The notes: a model not told the origin generated them from the letters alone. DNA of 58,954 bases from an uncultured Truepera sp. (GCA_902806425.1 CADCWP010000001.1:510-59463), one strand, 5' to 3'; positions 43,036 to 54,811 are shown, numbered from the stretch's first letter. Numbers and translations are program-made.

Positions 43036-43065
43036 CTTAACGTCTCCTTCTGTCTGGCTGCGTGG

Positions 43066-43098
43066 TGAAGCGGCGTCATACCTGCGGACGCCGCTTCA
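43066..43098. promoter_or_regulatory. Strong hairpin in the fusA-tuf spacer
   Basis: TGAAGCGGCGTC-N9-GACGCCGCTTCA perfect 12-bp stem; no U-tract on the coding strand. Confidence 0.55.
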
Positions 43099-43110
43099 GG
43101 TTTTACCGTC

Positions 43111-45183
<2,073 letters not shown>

Positions 45184-45279
45184 TCTCTCTCCTGAGTCTT
45201 TAGGAGCGCCTACAACACTAAGCGGAGCCTTGTACAAAGTTTGAGCACCGCGTCGCGTCGAGGACGCTTTCAGCTGTTT

Positions 45280-45750
45280 TTACCAGCGGTAATGCGCGTA
45301 GGCGCGGTTGGCCTCGGCCATGCGCTCGATGTCGTCTTTTTTCTTGACGGCCCCGCCGCGTCCGGCAGCAGCGTCTAGCAGCTCACCGGCAACGCGCTCA
45401 ACGGCGGTGCGCTCAGGACGGGCGTTCGAGGCGGCGACAAGCCAGCGCAGCGCCAACGACTGTGCGCGGCGCGGCGCGACCTCGACGGGCACTTGGTAGG
45501 TGGCCCCGCCGACGCGGCGACTTTTGACCTCGATGCGGGGCTTGATGTTGTCCAGACCCTGACGGAAGACCTTTAGGGGTTCCTGACCGCTACGGTCCTG
45601 GATCAGCCGACAAGCACCGTAAAAAATGCGACTTGCCAGGTTTTTCTTGCCGTCGCGCATGAGCTTGTTGACAAACGCGGTGACGGTTGTATCGCTGTAA
45701 ACCAGGTCGGGCTCGAGGCGGCGGACTTCGGCTCTTCTTCTACGTCCCAT
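45280..45750 (-). CDS. rpsG: 30S ribosomal protein S7
   Basis: [29 protein letters not shown]; start ATG 45750. Confidence 0.98.
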   Translation of the reverse strand: MGRRRRAEVRRLEPDLVYSDTTVTAFVNKLMRDGKKNLASRIFYGACRLIQDRSGQEPLKVFRQGLDNIKPRIEVKSRRVGGATYQVPVEVAPRRAQSLALRWLVAASNARPERTAVERVAGELLDAAAGRGGAVKKKDDIERMAEANRAYAHYRW

Positions 45751-45757
45751 AGTGCTC

Positions 45758-46150
45758 CTACTTCGCTTTCGGCTTTTTGGTGCCGTATTTGCTGCGGCCC
45801 TGGTTGCGCTGGACGTAGCGGCCCACGCCGACACCCTGAGCGTCGAGCGCCCCACGGACGATGTGGTAACGCACGCCCGGCAGGTCCTTGACGCGGCCAC
45901 CACGGATCAGCACGACCGAGTGCTCCTGAAGGTTGTGCTTTTCACCCGGAATATAGGCGGTGACCTCCGCGCCGTGCGAGAGTCGGACGCGGGCAATTTT
46001 ACGAAGCGCCGAGTTGGGCTTTTTCGGCGTCTGAGTTTTAACGATAGTACAGACGCCGCGGCGCTGCGGGCTCCCTTTAAGGGCGGGGACTTTATTTTTC
46101 TTCGGGAGCGCTTTGCGCCCCTTACGCAAGAGTTGGTTAACGGTTGGCAG
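45758..46150 (-). CDS. rpsL: 30S ribosomal protein S12 (probable CTG start)
   Basis: [29 protein letters not shown]; GAGAGGA RBS spacing fits CTG 46150 better than GTG 46159. Confidence 0.97.
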   Translation of the reverse strand: MPTVNQLLRKGRKALPKKNKVPALKGSPQRRGVCTIVKTQTPKKPNSALRKIARVRLSHGAEVTAYIPGEKHNLQEHSVVLIRGGRVKDLPGVRYHIVRGALDAQGVGVGRYVQRNQGRSKYGTKKPKAK

Positions 46151-46296
46151 AGCAATCACATCCTCTCAGGTCATACTTAAGGTTGTCTCAATGCTTTGGG
46201 CGGCGGACGTAAACACGTGAAGGGTCACTGGTCTAGCTGCACACGACAAAACGGCTCCCGAACCCATCGCTGCGGGTCAGGGAGTGCAAACACTTG

Positions 46297-46326
46297 AGTA
46301 TAGCCGAATAACACGTCTAAAAGCAA
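46297..46326 (-). promoter_or_regulatory. Probable str-operon promoter
   Basis: TTGCTT-18 nt-TATACT about 150 nt upstream of rpsL. Confidence 0.55.
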
Positions 46327-46399
46327 GCCTCCAGCGACGGAACGGCGCGGCCTCAGGGAATGAAAGCGTCCGCCCCTACAACTCTTTGAACTTAGGTGA

Positions 46400-46441
46400 G
46401 GTTTGATCAAATTGTAAAGGTATGACCAAATTGCAATGGTG
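46400..46441. repeat. Tandem 19-bp imperfect direct repeat, possible GntR/FadR-type operator pair
   Basis: GGTTTGATCAAATTGTAAA / GGTATGACCAAATTGCAAT. Confidence 0.5.
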
Positions 46442-46646
46442 ACTCCAAGTTCTCAACACAAGACAGTCTTTCAAGCGTCTTTAAGCACAGCGAGAAACCA
46501 ACGTCATCCTCCTTGCAGCCTTCACGACTCAGTCGTAATTCAGCTTGCGCCGTCCCCTCTATGGGACATATACCCACTCCAAGTACACGACCGAAAAAGC
46601 GTCCGTGCGCTCAAAATTACGTGGTGCGTGGTGCAAGAGTGGGGAC

Positions 46647-47621
46647 ATGAAAACTTACAAGCTTGCACACACTGATCTCGAGGTCAGCCGTATCGCCTTC
46701 GGTACCTGGCACCTGGGCGGCAGTTGGGACAAAACTCCGGCGTCTCAAGACATCAAAGACCGCGCGAACACGCTTATCACCACAGCCTATGAGCACGGTA
46801 TCAATCACATCGACTTAGCCGACATCTACACCCTGGGCAAATCCGATGAGGTCGTCGGCTACGCCCTAAAGCAAAATCCGGGTCTGCGCGAAAAGTTGGT
46901 GCTTCAAGAAAAAGCGGGCATCGTCATCGGCTCAGACCAGGACTATCGGCAACCGGGACGCTACGACTACTCGTTCGACCATCTTGTCGGGGTCGTCGAG
47001 GGCAGCTTGAAGCGGCTCGGGACGGACCACGTCGACCTGCTCGCCTTTCACCGCCCGGACGCGCTGGTCGAACCTGAAGAGGTCGCGCGCGCCGCCGAAC
47101 ACCTCCACAAAAACGGCATGGTGCGCTTTTTCGGCGTCAGCAACCACAGCCCTATGCAGATCGAACTGCTTAAGAAGTACATAGACTTTCCGCTCGTCGT
47201 CAATCAGCTCGAGCTGAACCTCCTGCACTCCTACATGATTAGCAACGGCGTCCTAGTCAATCAGACGGCGGCCGTCTACGCGAACACGCAGAGCGTCTTA
47301 GAGTACTGCCGCCTAAACGACATCACTGTCCAAGCGTGGTCGCCGGTCGCGGGTGGGCAGCTGTTCGACCCGAAAGAGGACGCGCCCGAGAACGTCCGGG
47401 CGGTAGCGAAGCTTATCGCCGAGATGGCAGAGGCGAAAAACACCACCAAAGAGGCGATTGCCCTCGCCTGGCTTTTACGTCACCCGGCTGGGATTCAGCC
47501 AATTTTGGGTACGCACAAAGCGGAGCGCATCACCGACTCGGTGAAGGCAGACGATGTTGTACTCGAGCGTACCGAATGGTACAGCCTGCTCGAGGCGGCG
47601 CGCGGGGCGAGCGTTCCTTAA
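46647..47621 (+). CDS. Aldo/keto reductase (YdhF-like)
   Basis: GINHIDLADIY, SLKRLGTDHVD..HRPD, GVSN, QAWSP, AWLLRHPA; start ATG 46647. Confidence 0.93.
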   Translation: MKTYKLAHTDLEVSRIAFGTWHLGGSWDKTPASQDIKDRANTLITTAYEHGINHIDLADIYTLGKSDEVVGYALKQNPGLREKLVLQEKAGIVIGSDQDYRQPGRYDYSFDHLVGVVEGSLKRLGTDHVDLLAFHRPDALVEPEEVARAAEHLHKNGMVRFFGVSNHSPMQIELLKKYIDFPLVVNQLELNLLHSYMISNGVLVNQTAAVYANTQSVLEYCRLNDITVQAWSPVAGGQLFDPKEDAPENVRAVAKLIAEMAEAKNTTKEAIALAWLLRHPAGIQPILGTHKAERITDSVKADDVVLERTEWYSLLEAARGASVP

Positions 47622-47639
47622 GTCCCAATTCAGCAAGTG

Positions 47640-47671
47640 AAAAGGCGGCCGCTACACAGGCTGCCTTTTTT
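47640..47671. terminator. Bidirectional terminator between AKR gene and minC
   Basis: AAAAGGCGGCC-N8-GGCTGCCTTTTTT. Confidence 0.8.
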
Positions 47672-47697
47672 GTCGGGGTACCGAACACCCAGCCAAG

Positions 47698-48249
47698 CTA
47701 GTGCTCCCACGGGCGCAGGATGATCTGGCCGTTATGCAGCTGCGCGACCTCGGGGCCGGAAACGGTTTTACTGTCGCCGCCCGCTTGCGCGAGCGCCCCA
47801 GCGATGCGGAGCTGTTTGGACTGCACCTGCTGCGCCCAGATAAACGCTGCCTCGTTGCCCCCCGCACCCGCGTGGGCGACGCCGCGCAGCGTTCCTAAGA
47901 CGATGATGTCGTCCTCGGCGACTACCTCGGCACCGGCGTTGACGTCGCCGATAATGATGGCCGAGCCACGCGACTCGACGCGGCCCCCACTGCGGACGGT
48001 GCGCGCCACGATCTGCGTCTCGCCACGCGCCTGCACCACTGCTCCCGGTGGTCGCACTTCGGCCAAGGTACCGCCCGCCTCGGTGACGAGCGCCTCGAGC
48101 GCCTTGAGGGTGGCCCAAGAGGCACGCTCGGCGAGTTCGACAAAAACTTTGCCGGACAAAAGCTCGAGCTGTGTACCCTGTACCGTCTCGGGTGTGTCTT
48201 TAGCGTCTAAACTGAGCAAAATACCGTTTCGTGTACCGCGTGTTTTCAT
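47698..48249 (-). CDS. minC: Septum site-determining protein MinC
   Basis: RTVRSG, GDVNAGAEV, GTLRGVAHAG, QLRIA. Confidence 0.92.
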   Translation of the reverse strand: MKTRGTRNGILLSLDAKDTPETVQGTQLELLSGKVFVELAERASWATLKALEALVTEAGGTLAEVRPPGAVVQARGETQIVARTVRSGGRVESRGSAIIIGDVNAGAEVVAEDDIIVLGTLRGVAHAGAGGNEAAFIWAQQVQSKQLRIAGALAQAGGDSKTVSGPEVAQLHNGQIILRPWEH

Positions 48250-48258
48250 AGGGCCATT

Positions 48259-50097
48259 CTATTCACCTACCTGTGCCAGTCTACCTGTTCGCGCCCAGTA
48301 CGCCTGCATAAAGTCGCGGGCCAGGGGCTGTGCGACGGCGCTGCTCGAGCCTCCATTCTCGATAAATACCACCACCGCCAGGTCTGGGTTCGACAGCGGA
48401 CCGTAGCCCATAAACCAGGCGTGGTCGCTCCCGGTATTCTGCGCGGTACCCGTTTTTCCGGCAACGTCTACAGCAAAGACCTCCGGACCCAAAAACCAGC
48501 GCCCGCCGTAGTCGGTCACCATCTCGCGCATCCCTGCCTGCACCACCCCCCACGCCCCCGGCAGGTCGCGTACGGAGACCTCGGTGGGCACGCCCCCGAC
48601 GCGCTGTACCAGGTGCGGCTGCACCTGCTCGCCGCCCAACGCCACCGTTCCCACAAGCTGCAAGACCTGAACCGGCGTTGCCAGCAGGTCGCCCTGACCG
48701 ATGGTCATGTTCATGGTGTAGCCGGGATACCAGGCGTGACCGTAGAACGCCTCGGCCCACTCCTCGTCAGGGACGCGGCCCGCTTGCTCTTCGGGAAGCC
48801 CTACTCCGACCGGCGCGCCGTAGCCGAGTTCACGGGCCGTTCGGGCTAAACGCTCGGAGAAGCCTCCCCAGCCCTCGGTGACGCCGGGCGTCGCAGCCGC
48901 CGCACGCCAGAAAAAGGTGTTGCACGAATCGGCCAGTGCCTGCGTCACGGTATAGGGGCCTTTGGCCTCATCGCTCCAGTTCTGCATCAGTGTGCCCTGA
49001 AACGAAAAGCTTTGGGAACAGTCGAGCCGGGTTTCGGGGGTAAGGGTTCCGCCACCTAGAAGCGCAAGGCTCGAGACCACCTTAAAGGTCGACGCAGGCG
49101 GGTAGGCGCTCACCGCGCGGTTGGTGAGCGGCGTCTCATCACCCTCCAACAGGGCGCGCACCTTCGCGGCCTCGACCGGACGGCGGGCAAACACGTTAGG
49201 GTCGAACGTCGGCGCGCTTGCCAGAGCCAAAATCTCCCCCGTCTGCGGATTCATCGCCACGAGCGCACCCTGCACGACCGTCTCCTTCGGCAACCCTTGA
49301 CGTTCGCGCTCGTCGTTAACATACCGCAGCGCCCCGCCCAGGACGCGCTCGGCAACCCGCTGCGCGCCCACGTCGAGGGTCAGCACGACATCTCGTCCCG
49401 GCTGCGCCGCCGCTACGGTCGTCCGTCCGAGCGTGGTGCGCACACTGTCGACCCGCAAAAGGTCGCGCCCCGGCACGCCGAACAGCTCGTCCTGAAAAGC
49501 TTTTTCGATCCCCGTCTGACCTACCAGCTCGCCGAGAGCGTACCCGGCGAAGCGTTCGGGGTCGGCTCCCGTGGTGGTGCCGACGGCGTGCGCGGCCACA
49601 CCCGCCGGGTAGATGCGCTCGAGCCGCCGCCGCAGGTAGAGGTTGGGGTGTCCGGCGATGAGTTCGGCAACCCCCGAGACCGTCTCATCGGGGAGGTTCC
49701 AAGCCAAAACCGCGCCACTGTAGGCTTCTTCGGGGTCCCCCAGGTCGGGCACGCGGGGAGGCCCGGAGAGCCCCAGGAGGAAACGCAGGCGTGGCCAGCG
49801 GGCAATCTCACCCCCCCGGTAGAGCAGATCGACCGCGACCCTGTTTCCGGCCAGGACGGTGCCGTCGCGCGCCAGAATGCGCCCCCTGAGCGGCGCGACC
49901 CGCTCGGGCTGCACCGCGTTGGCGCGGCTCAGGGCTAGGTAGTCTGCGCCGTGCAGCAGTTGCAGGTAACTGAGGCGACCGGCAATGACGACGAGGCCGG
50001 TCAGCAAGAGGGCGAGCAGCAGGCGGACACGACCGGCACGCCCCCGCGCGTCAGCGGCGTCTTGAGGAGGCTTTAGAGCGGGCGCTACCCGGCTCAC
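48259..50097 (-). CDS. mrdA: Class B penicillin-binding protein (PBP2/MrdA-like)
   Basis: N-terminal TM, RG.I..RDG, SxxK (PASTFK), SxN (SCN), KTG (GKTGT), DHAWF. Confidence 0.9.
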   Translation of the reverse strand: MSRVAPALKPPQDAADARGRAGRVRLLLALLLTGLVVIAGRLSYLQLLHGADYLALSRANAVQPERVAPLRGRILARDGTVLAGNRVAVDLLYRGGEIARWPRLRFLLGLSGPPRVPDLGDPEEAYSGAVLAWNLPDETVSGVAELIAGHPNLYLRRRLERIYPAGVAAHAVGTTTGADPERFAGYALGELVGQTGIEKAFQDELFGVPGRDLLRVDSVRTTLGRTTVAAAQPGRDVVLTLDVGAQRVAERVLGGALRYVNDERERQGLPKETVVQGALVAMNPQTGEILALASAPTFDPNVFARRPVEAAKVRALLEGDETPLTNRAVSAYPPASTFKVVSSLALLGGGTLTPETRLDCSQSFSFQGTLMQNWSDEAKGPYTVTQALADSCNTFFWRAAAATPGVTEGWGGFSERLARTARELGYGAPVGVGLPEEQAGRVPDEEWAEAFYGHAWYPGYTMNMTIGQGDLLATPVQVLQLVGTVALGGEQVQPHLVQRVGGVPTEVSVRDLPGAWGVVQAGMREMVTDYGGRWFLGPEVFAVDVAGKTGTAQNTGSDHAWFMGYGPLSNPDLAVVVFIENGGSSSAVAQPLARDFMQAYWARTGRLAQVGE

Positions 50098-50582
50098 AGG
50101 TAGAGGCTCCGCTCGCGGCGGCGGTGAGCGCGGTTAAGTAGTGGTTGTAGCAGCGCGAATCCGACCACGGTGAGAAGCGCCTCGAGCGGTCCCACCCGCA
50201 AGGTCTCAGCGAGCGGCGCGGGCTGTCCGGTGTAGGTCAGGAGCAGCAGCAGCGCCGTCCATTTACCGGCGAGCGCGGCCAGAAGGGCGAGCAGCTGCCA
50301 GTCCGAAACGGCGCGGCCTAACTCGAGCCCTCCCGGTACAACCACCCCTGTCACGAATACTCCCGCCGCCAGAGCGAGCGCGTGCAGTCCCGGTACACCC
50401 CCACCCGCCACGTCCTGGGCGAGCCCGAGAAGGTACGCGAGCCCTACAGCTTGCCAGAGCGGCCTGCGCCCGAGCGGCAGCAGCGCCGCTAACAGCAGCA
50501 AATCTGGAGGCGGCCAGGGTGCGATCAGAGGCGTGAGAAAGCCCTGCAAAGTAAAAACTAGCACGATCAGCAAAAAACGCAC
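50094..50582 (-). CDS. mreD: Rod shape-determining protein MreD
   Basis: PDLLL, GLAQD..G..G motif, multi-TM; GTGA overlap with PBP2. Confidence 0.75.
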   Translation of the reverse strand: MRFLLIVLVFTLQGFLTPLIAPWPPPDLLLLAALLPLGRRPLWQAVGLAYLLGLAQDVAGGGVPGLHALALAAGVFVTGVVVPGGLELGRAVSDWQLLALLAALAGKWTALLLLLTYTGQPAPLAETLRVGPLEALLTVVGFALLQPLLNRAHRRRERSLYL

Positions 50583-50635
50583 GCGGTCAGTTTACCGTGC
50601 CGGGGTCTCGGGCAGTGGGCGTGGTTAGATGGCTT

Positions 50636-51532
50636 ATGGCAACCATCCTCATCCACGGCGGCGCAGGCACCATTCCAGAATCCGACCGCGCCGCCTATCA
50701 GGCAGGCCTCAGAGGGGCCCGAGACGCCGGTTTTGCACTTTTGGCAGACGGGGCCGACGCGCTCAGCGCCGCGCTCGTCGCCGTCTCGCTGATGGAAGAT
50801 AACGCGGAGGCTTTCAACGCCGGGACGGGCGGGTCGCCCAACAGGGACGGTGTGGTCGAGTGCGACGCCGCCGCCGTATCCGGATGGGACGGCAGCGCCG
50901 GGGCGGTCGGCGCGGTGACGCGGGCGAAAAACCCCGTGCTACTCGCCGACCGCGTGCGGCGCGAATCCCCTCACGTGATGTTGGTAGGTGCCGGAGCAGA
51001 CATGTTCGTAGCCGACCCTATCGACAACACCCTGCTCCTGACACCACGCACCCAGGCTGCGTACGAGGCGTGGCGTCAAGAAAAGGGCGAACCTACCAAT
51101 TCCGCGACCGTCGGGGCCGTCGTCTGCGACCGTGAGGGACGGTTGGCCGCCGCAACGAGCACCGGCGGGATGCTCGGCAAGTGGCCGGGTAGGGTCGGCG
51201 ACGCCCCCCTCGTCGGGGCCGGAACCTACGCCGACCGCTTCGTCGCGGTCTCATGCACCGGTAAAGGTGAGGCGTTTATCCGCGCGGTAACGGCTAAAGG
51301 GCTGGCCGAACGCTACCGAGCGGGCGATGACCTGCAAGAGCTTATCGCCAAGGCCTTGGCCGAGGTGTTGCACTTTAACGGCAGCGGCGGCCTTATCTGC
51401 GTGACTTCAGAAGGACGGATCGGCTTCGGCTTTAACAGCCGCAACATGGCCTACGCCTGGAAGACCGACTCGGGCGGTGAGCGCCCGGAAGCTGCTGAAG
51501 TCGGGCTCGAGCCCGGCGTCTACACGCTTTAA
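50636..51532 (+). CDS. iaaA: Isoaspartyl peptidase / L-asparaginase (Ntn hydrolase)
   Basis: IHGGAG, FNAG.G, TVGAV nucleophile, TSTGG, GRVGD, SCTG.GE; start ATG 50636. Confidence 0.92.
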   Translation: MATILIHGGAGTIPESDRAAYQAGLRGARDAGFALLADGADALSAALVAVSLMEDNAEAFNAGTGGSPNRDGVVECDAAAVSGWDGSAGAVGAVTRAKNPVLLADRVRRESPHVMLVGAGADMFVADPIDNTLLLTPRTQAAYEAWRQEKGEPTNSATVGAVVCDREGRLAAATSTGGMLGKWPGRVGDAPLVGAGTYADRFVAVSCTGKGEAFIRAVTAKGLAERYRAGDDLQELIAKALAEVLHFNGSGGLICVTSEGRIGFGFNSRNMAYAWKTDSGGERPEAAEVGLEPGVYTL

Positions 51533-51544
51533 AAGAGGCGGCGC

Positions 51545-52048
51545 GTGGTCATCGTTGGAACGACCGGCGCAGGTAAGACGACGCTGGCCCGGGCCCTCGC
51601 CGCAAACCTTAGCGCGGCGTACGTCGAACTCGACGCGCTGTACTGGCAGGGCGGTTGGACGCCAGCGGCAGACTTTGTAAGTCAAGTTGAGAGGGCGTTA
51701 CAACCCGAGTGCTGGGTGGTGGACGGAAACTACACCAATCAGGTGCAAGCCCATATTTTAAGCCTTGCCGACACCTTGATCTGGCTCGACTACAGCTTAG
51801 GCACAAAGCTCTGGCGACTCCTTAAAAGAACGTGCCCCCGCGTCCTGAGGCGTGAAGTCCTCTGGAACGGCAACACAGAGACGATAAGGTCTCAGTTTTT
51901 CAGCCGTGATTCCCTGTTAATATGGCTTTTCAAAACGCACTGGCGTCAGCGTCGCCGGTATAGGACGTTCTTTAAGGACGCGCCGGAGCATCTCACTTTG
52001 CTCAGGCTTTACAACCCGGAGGAGCCTGAGCGGTTGTTGGGCGTTTAA
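51545..52048 (+). CDS. Adenylate-kinase-like P-loop protein (FlaR/topology-modulation family)
   Basis: GTTGAGKTT, ELDALYW, WVVDGNY, ADTLIWLD. Confidence 0.85.
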   Translation: MVIVGTTGAGKTTLARALAANLSAAYVELDALYWQGGWTPAADFVSQVERALQPECWVVDGNYTNQVQAHILSLADTLIWLDYSLGTKLWRLLKRTCPRVLRREVLWNGNTETIRSQFFSRDSLLIWLFKTHWRQRRRYRTFFKDAPEHLTLLRLYNPEEPERLLGV

Positions 52049-52073
52049 CCGAGTCAGTCCCCTAAAAACGCTT

Positions 52074-52105
52074 AGAGACCGCGCAGACAACGCGCGGTCT
52101 CTTTT
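52074..52105. terminator. Intrinsic terminator between convergent genes
   Basis: AGAGACCGCGC-N7-GCGCGGTCTCTTTT. Confidence 0.8.
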
Positions 52106-52127
52106 GTCAAGGTTTAAGTGGACGCGC

Positions 52128-53966
52128 TTACCAAAGCTTATCGCCCGCCTTAAGCCGCGATACGCGCACGTACTCAAAGGTCGTGGTAAAGCCCGAGCCG
52201 CCCATCGACACAAGCCCCAAACGCGCATCCTCACCAAGCGCGTGCGTATAGGTACCGCCACGGACCCACTCGCCGCCGTCTTGCCGGGTATAGGGAGTGT
52301 AGTACTCTTGGCCCCGCTCCGCACGCCGGACGACCCGCAGGTCCGTCCACTCGCTCGGCGGGCCGACCACAGTGTTGCCGTAGCGCGGAAAGCCCTCCGG
52401 AACCGGCGACAGCTCCTTGGCGAACTCGGTTTGGCGCGTCTCAAAGATAGAAACGTGCGTGAGCTTGATGAAGTTGTCGTCGTCGCCATAGACTACCAAA
52501 CCGGCCTGAACGAAGTTCTGACAGCACCCTTCGGCAGGCACGTCGAGTTTGACGCGGGTCTGAATCACCAGATCGCCGCGCGGCAGGTCGCGGGTCAGAA
52601 CAGAGGCGTTGTTGCTGTCTACAAAGAGGTCGGCGGCCTGCGTCTCGAAGGTGAAGGTGCCGTCCGCAACCCCGTAGCTATCCGCAGCGGGTTCACGCAC
52701 CCAGCTCCAGCTATCGTCCAAGGTGTCGCCACCGAAACTGTCGGTCAGCAGGCGCTTGCCGGTGCGGTCACGGCGGGGTGGGTCGGCCTCGTAGCGCGAC
52801 CGCTGTCCGGGCTGCGCGGCGGGAGCGGGCTGAGGGTCGTCCGAGGCCCAGCGACCCGCGCGCACGCTCGGCCAGCCGTCCACCCACTCGAGCGGGTCTA
52901 ACAGCACGGGGCGTTTGGTAAAGCCGACCGCACTCGCAAAGTAAGGGTCGCCCCGGTCGACCGCGTGGTAGACGAGCCAGTCCTGACCGTCAAAGTCCCT
53001 CACGGTGTCGTTGTGCCCCGGCCCCATCCAGCGGTTGCCGTTCATGCTGATCACAGGCGTGCCGCCGACACGTCCGGCTAAAAGCGACACGCCCTCTTTG
53101 TCTACAAAGGGACCCGTCGGGCTCCGCGACCGTCCGGCGAAGACGCTGTAGCCGGTCAGGGGGCCGTTGCAACAGTTTGTCGCCGACGCCAGTAGGTAGT
53201 AGTAGCCGCGCCGTTCAATAATCTGCGCGCCCTCGTAGCGGTTGGCGATGGTGACTTGGGTTTCGGTGTCGGGAAGGCTTTCGAGCCCATCCTCTGAAAG
53301 TTCCCGGACAAACACGCCACCGTAGTACGAACCGTAGTAGAGGTAGTGCTCTCCCTGCGCTTCGATCACCTCGGCGTCGAACGTCCAGAAATATCCGGGG
53401 TTGTTGGGGTCGGAGTTCGGGTCCTGTCGAGGCGCAACCACCGGCCCGCCCGAGTCCGTCCACGGCCCGGTGGGGCTGCTGCTCGTCGCTACGCCAATGG
53501 CGCTGCCTCCAGCGTCGGTATTCGGGGCCGTGTAGTAGAGATGGTACCGATCGTTGAAGTAGACGACCTCGGGTGCCCAGATACCGGCGTCGTCGGCGAC
53601 CCACTCAGGACGCTCGGAGAACGCGTTGCCTTGGTAGTCCCAGTTCACCAGGTCGAGCGAGCGGAAGGTAGGGATTAGGTTAAAGTTGAAATCGCCGTTT
53701 TCCGCCCGGTCACTGTCATTAAGCGGGTCAGTGGTGCAGTAGAGGTACCAGTAACGGTCACCTTGGGTCTGACCCCGGAGGACAACCGGGTCGGCGCAGG
53801 TCTCGGCCAGCTCACCGTCCCCGATATTAAGTGTGAGCGGATTTGTAAACTTCCCTGGATTCTTGCCTCCCCGATGTTGCACGTCCAAGTCGGTCTCGAG
53901 CTGCGAACACCCGGCCAGCAGCGCCAGCAACACCACACCGACCTGGTAAAACCTTAATTTTCTCAT
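52128..53966 (-). CDS. GH43 glycoside hydrolase lipoprotein with C-terminal beta-sandwich domain
   Basis: Lipobox LLAGC; ADP, WAPEV, YEG, GPGHN, VYHA motifs; start ATG 53966. Confidence 0.9.
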   Translation of the reverse strand: MRKLRFYQVGVVLLALLAGCSQLETDLDVQHRGGKNPGKFTNPLTLNIGDGELAETCADPVVLRGQTQGDRYWYLYCTTDPLNDSDRAENGDFNFNLIPTFRSLDLVNWDYQGNAFSERPEWVADDAGIWAPEVVYFNDRYHLYYTAPNTDAGGSAIGVATSSSPTGPWTDSGGPVVAPRQDPNSDPNNPGYFWTFDAEVIEAQGEHYLYYGSYYGGVFVRELSEDGLESLPDTETQVTIANRYEGAQIIERRGYYYLLASATNCCNGPLTGYSVFAGRSRSPTGPFVDKEGVSLLAGRVGGTPVISMNGNRWMGPGHNDTVRDFDGQDWLVYHAVDRGDPYFASAVGFTKRPVLLDPLEWVDGWPSVRAGRWASDDPQPAPAAQPGQRSRYEADPPRRDRTGKRLLTDSFGGDTLDDSWSWVREPAADSYGVADGTFTFETQAADLFVDSNNASVLTRDLPRGDLVIQTRVKLDVPAEGCCQNFVQAGLVVYGDDDNFIKLTHVSIFETRQTEFAKELSPVPEGFPRYGNTVVGPPSEWTDLRVVRRAERGQEYYTPYTRQDGGEWVRGGTYTHALGEDARLGLVSMGGSGFTTTFEYVRVSRLKAGDKLW

Positions 53967-54811
53967 TTTCTCCCCATCTCTTTGCGAAAGACTTCGGTCC
54001 ACTGCGGCCTCTACTGTCTACCTCCTCTATATAGTCGACGCGTAAAGCTCTCTAAGGAACATACTGTTTAGAGGTTGCCACACCAACAGCGCTGCCACCC
54101 CCCGAGCGTCGCCTTTGTAACGGTGTAGAGAAGGCGGTGCTTTTGGGTACGCAGGAGTGGTCGATTATGTCTCCCTATGGTTTTTTCGTAACCCTTTGAA
54201 ACCGCCATACCCCTGCTTTTCCGCTCTTCTCACCCCCTTTCACCTGCTATGGGCCTCTAAAGCTCCGCAGCAGGTAGACGCAAGTTTAGACCTTGGAAAC
54301 AATTGCCGAACGAGCAGCCGAAGAGGTTGAGGCTACCGATATGCAGCACGTCCGGTTTAAGCCCGGGGCGCACCGTCATAAGGCGCTGTGTCTCAACCGC
54401 CAAACTGGGAACGGTGTCCCAGAAAATTCTGACTTGGGCCGCGGTGGTCGATCGTGGCGTCGCCGAAGTTTCTGCCGCCTCATTGACCGAGCGCCCCTGC
54501 GGTTAGAGGCTCGAGGATGTGCCAGGAAGGTCCAGGGGTGAGCGTGCCCAAGCACGCTTCGGCTCGGGTGCTGGCTTCGAATTGCAGCGTCTTGCCGCGC
54601 AGCATGTTCTACATCCTCACGAGCGGATGTCTGAGCCGACCCTTAGGAGGGGAGATCGACCCAGCAAAATGCAGATTGATGCGAGAAAGTATAAGTTGGT
54701 TTCCCCTTCCTGTCAATCGGAGGGGAGTGAGAAGGACCCGGCGCTTAAAGCCTCAGCCCGCACCGGGTCTTTGGGGTTGCACTAAGGACAGTGCCTCGAG
54801 GCAGCGCACCG

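Noticed and set aside
52104-52901. 265-aa plus-strand ORF (also 27528..28370, 7894..8634, 25119..25832, 49297..49938)
   Set aside because: Antisense shadows of well-supported genes, expected from GC3-biased codon usage; no motifs.
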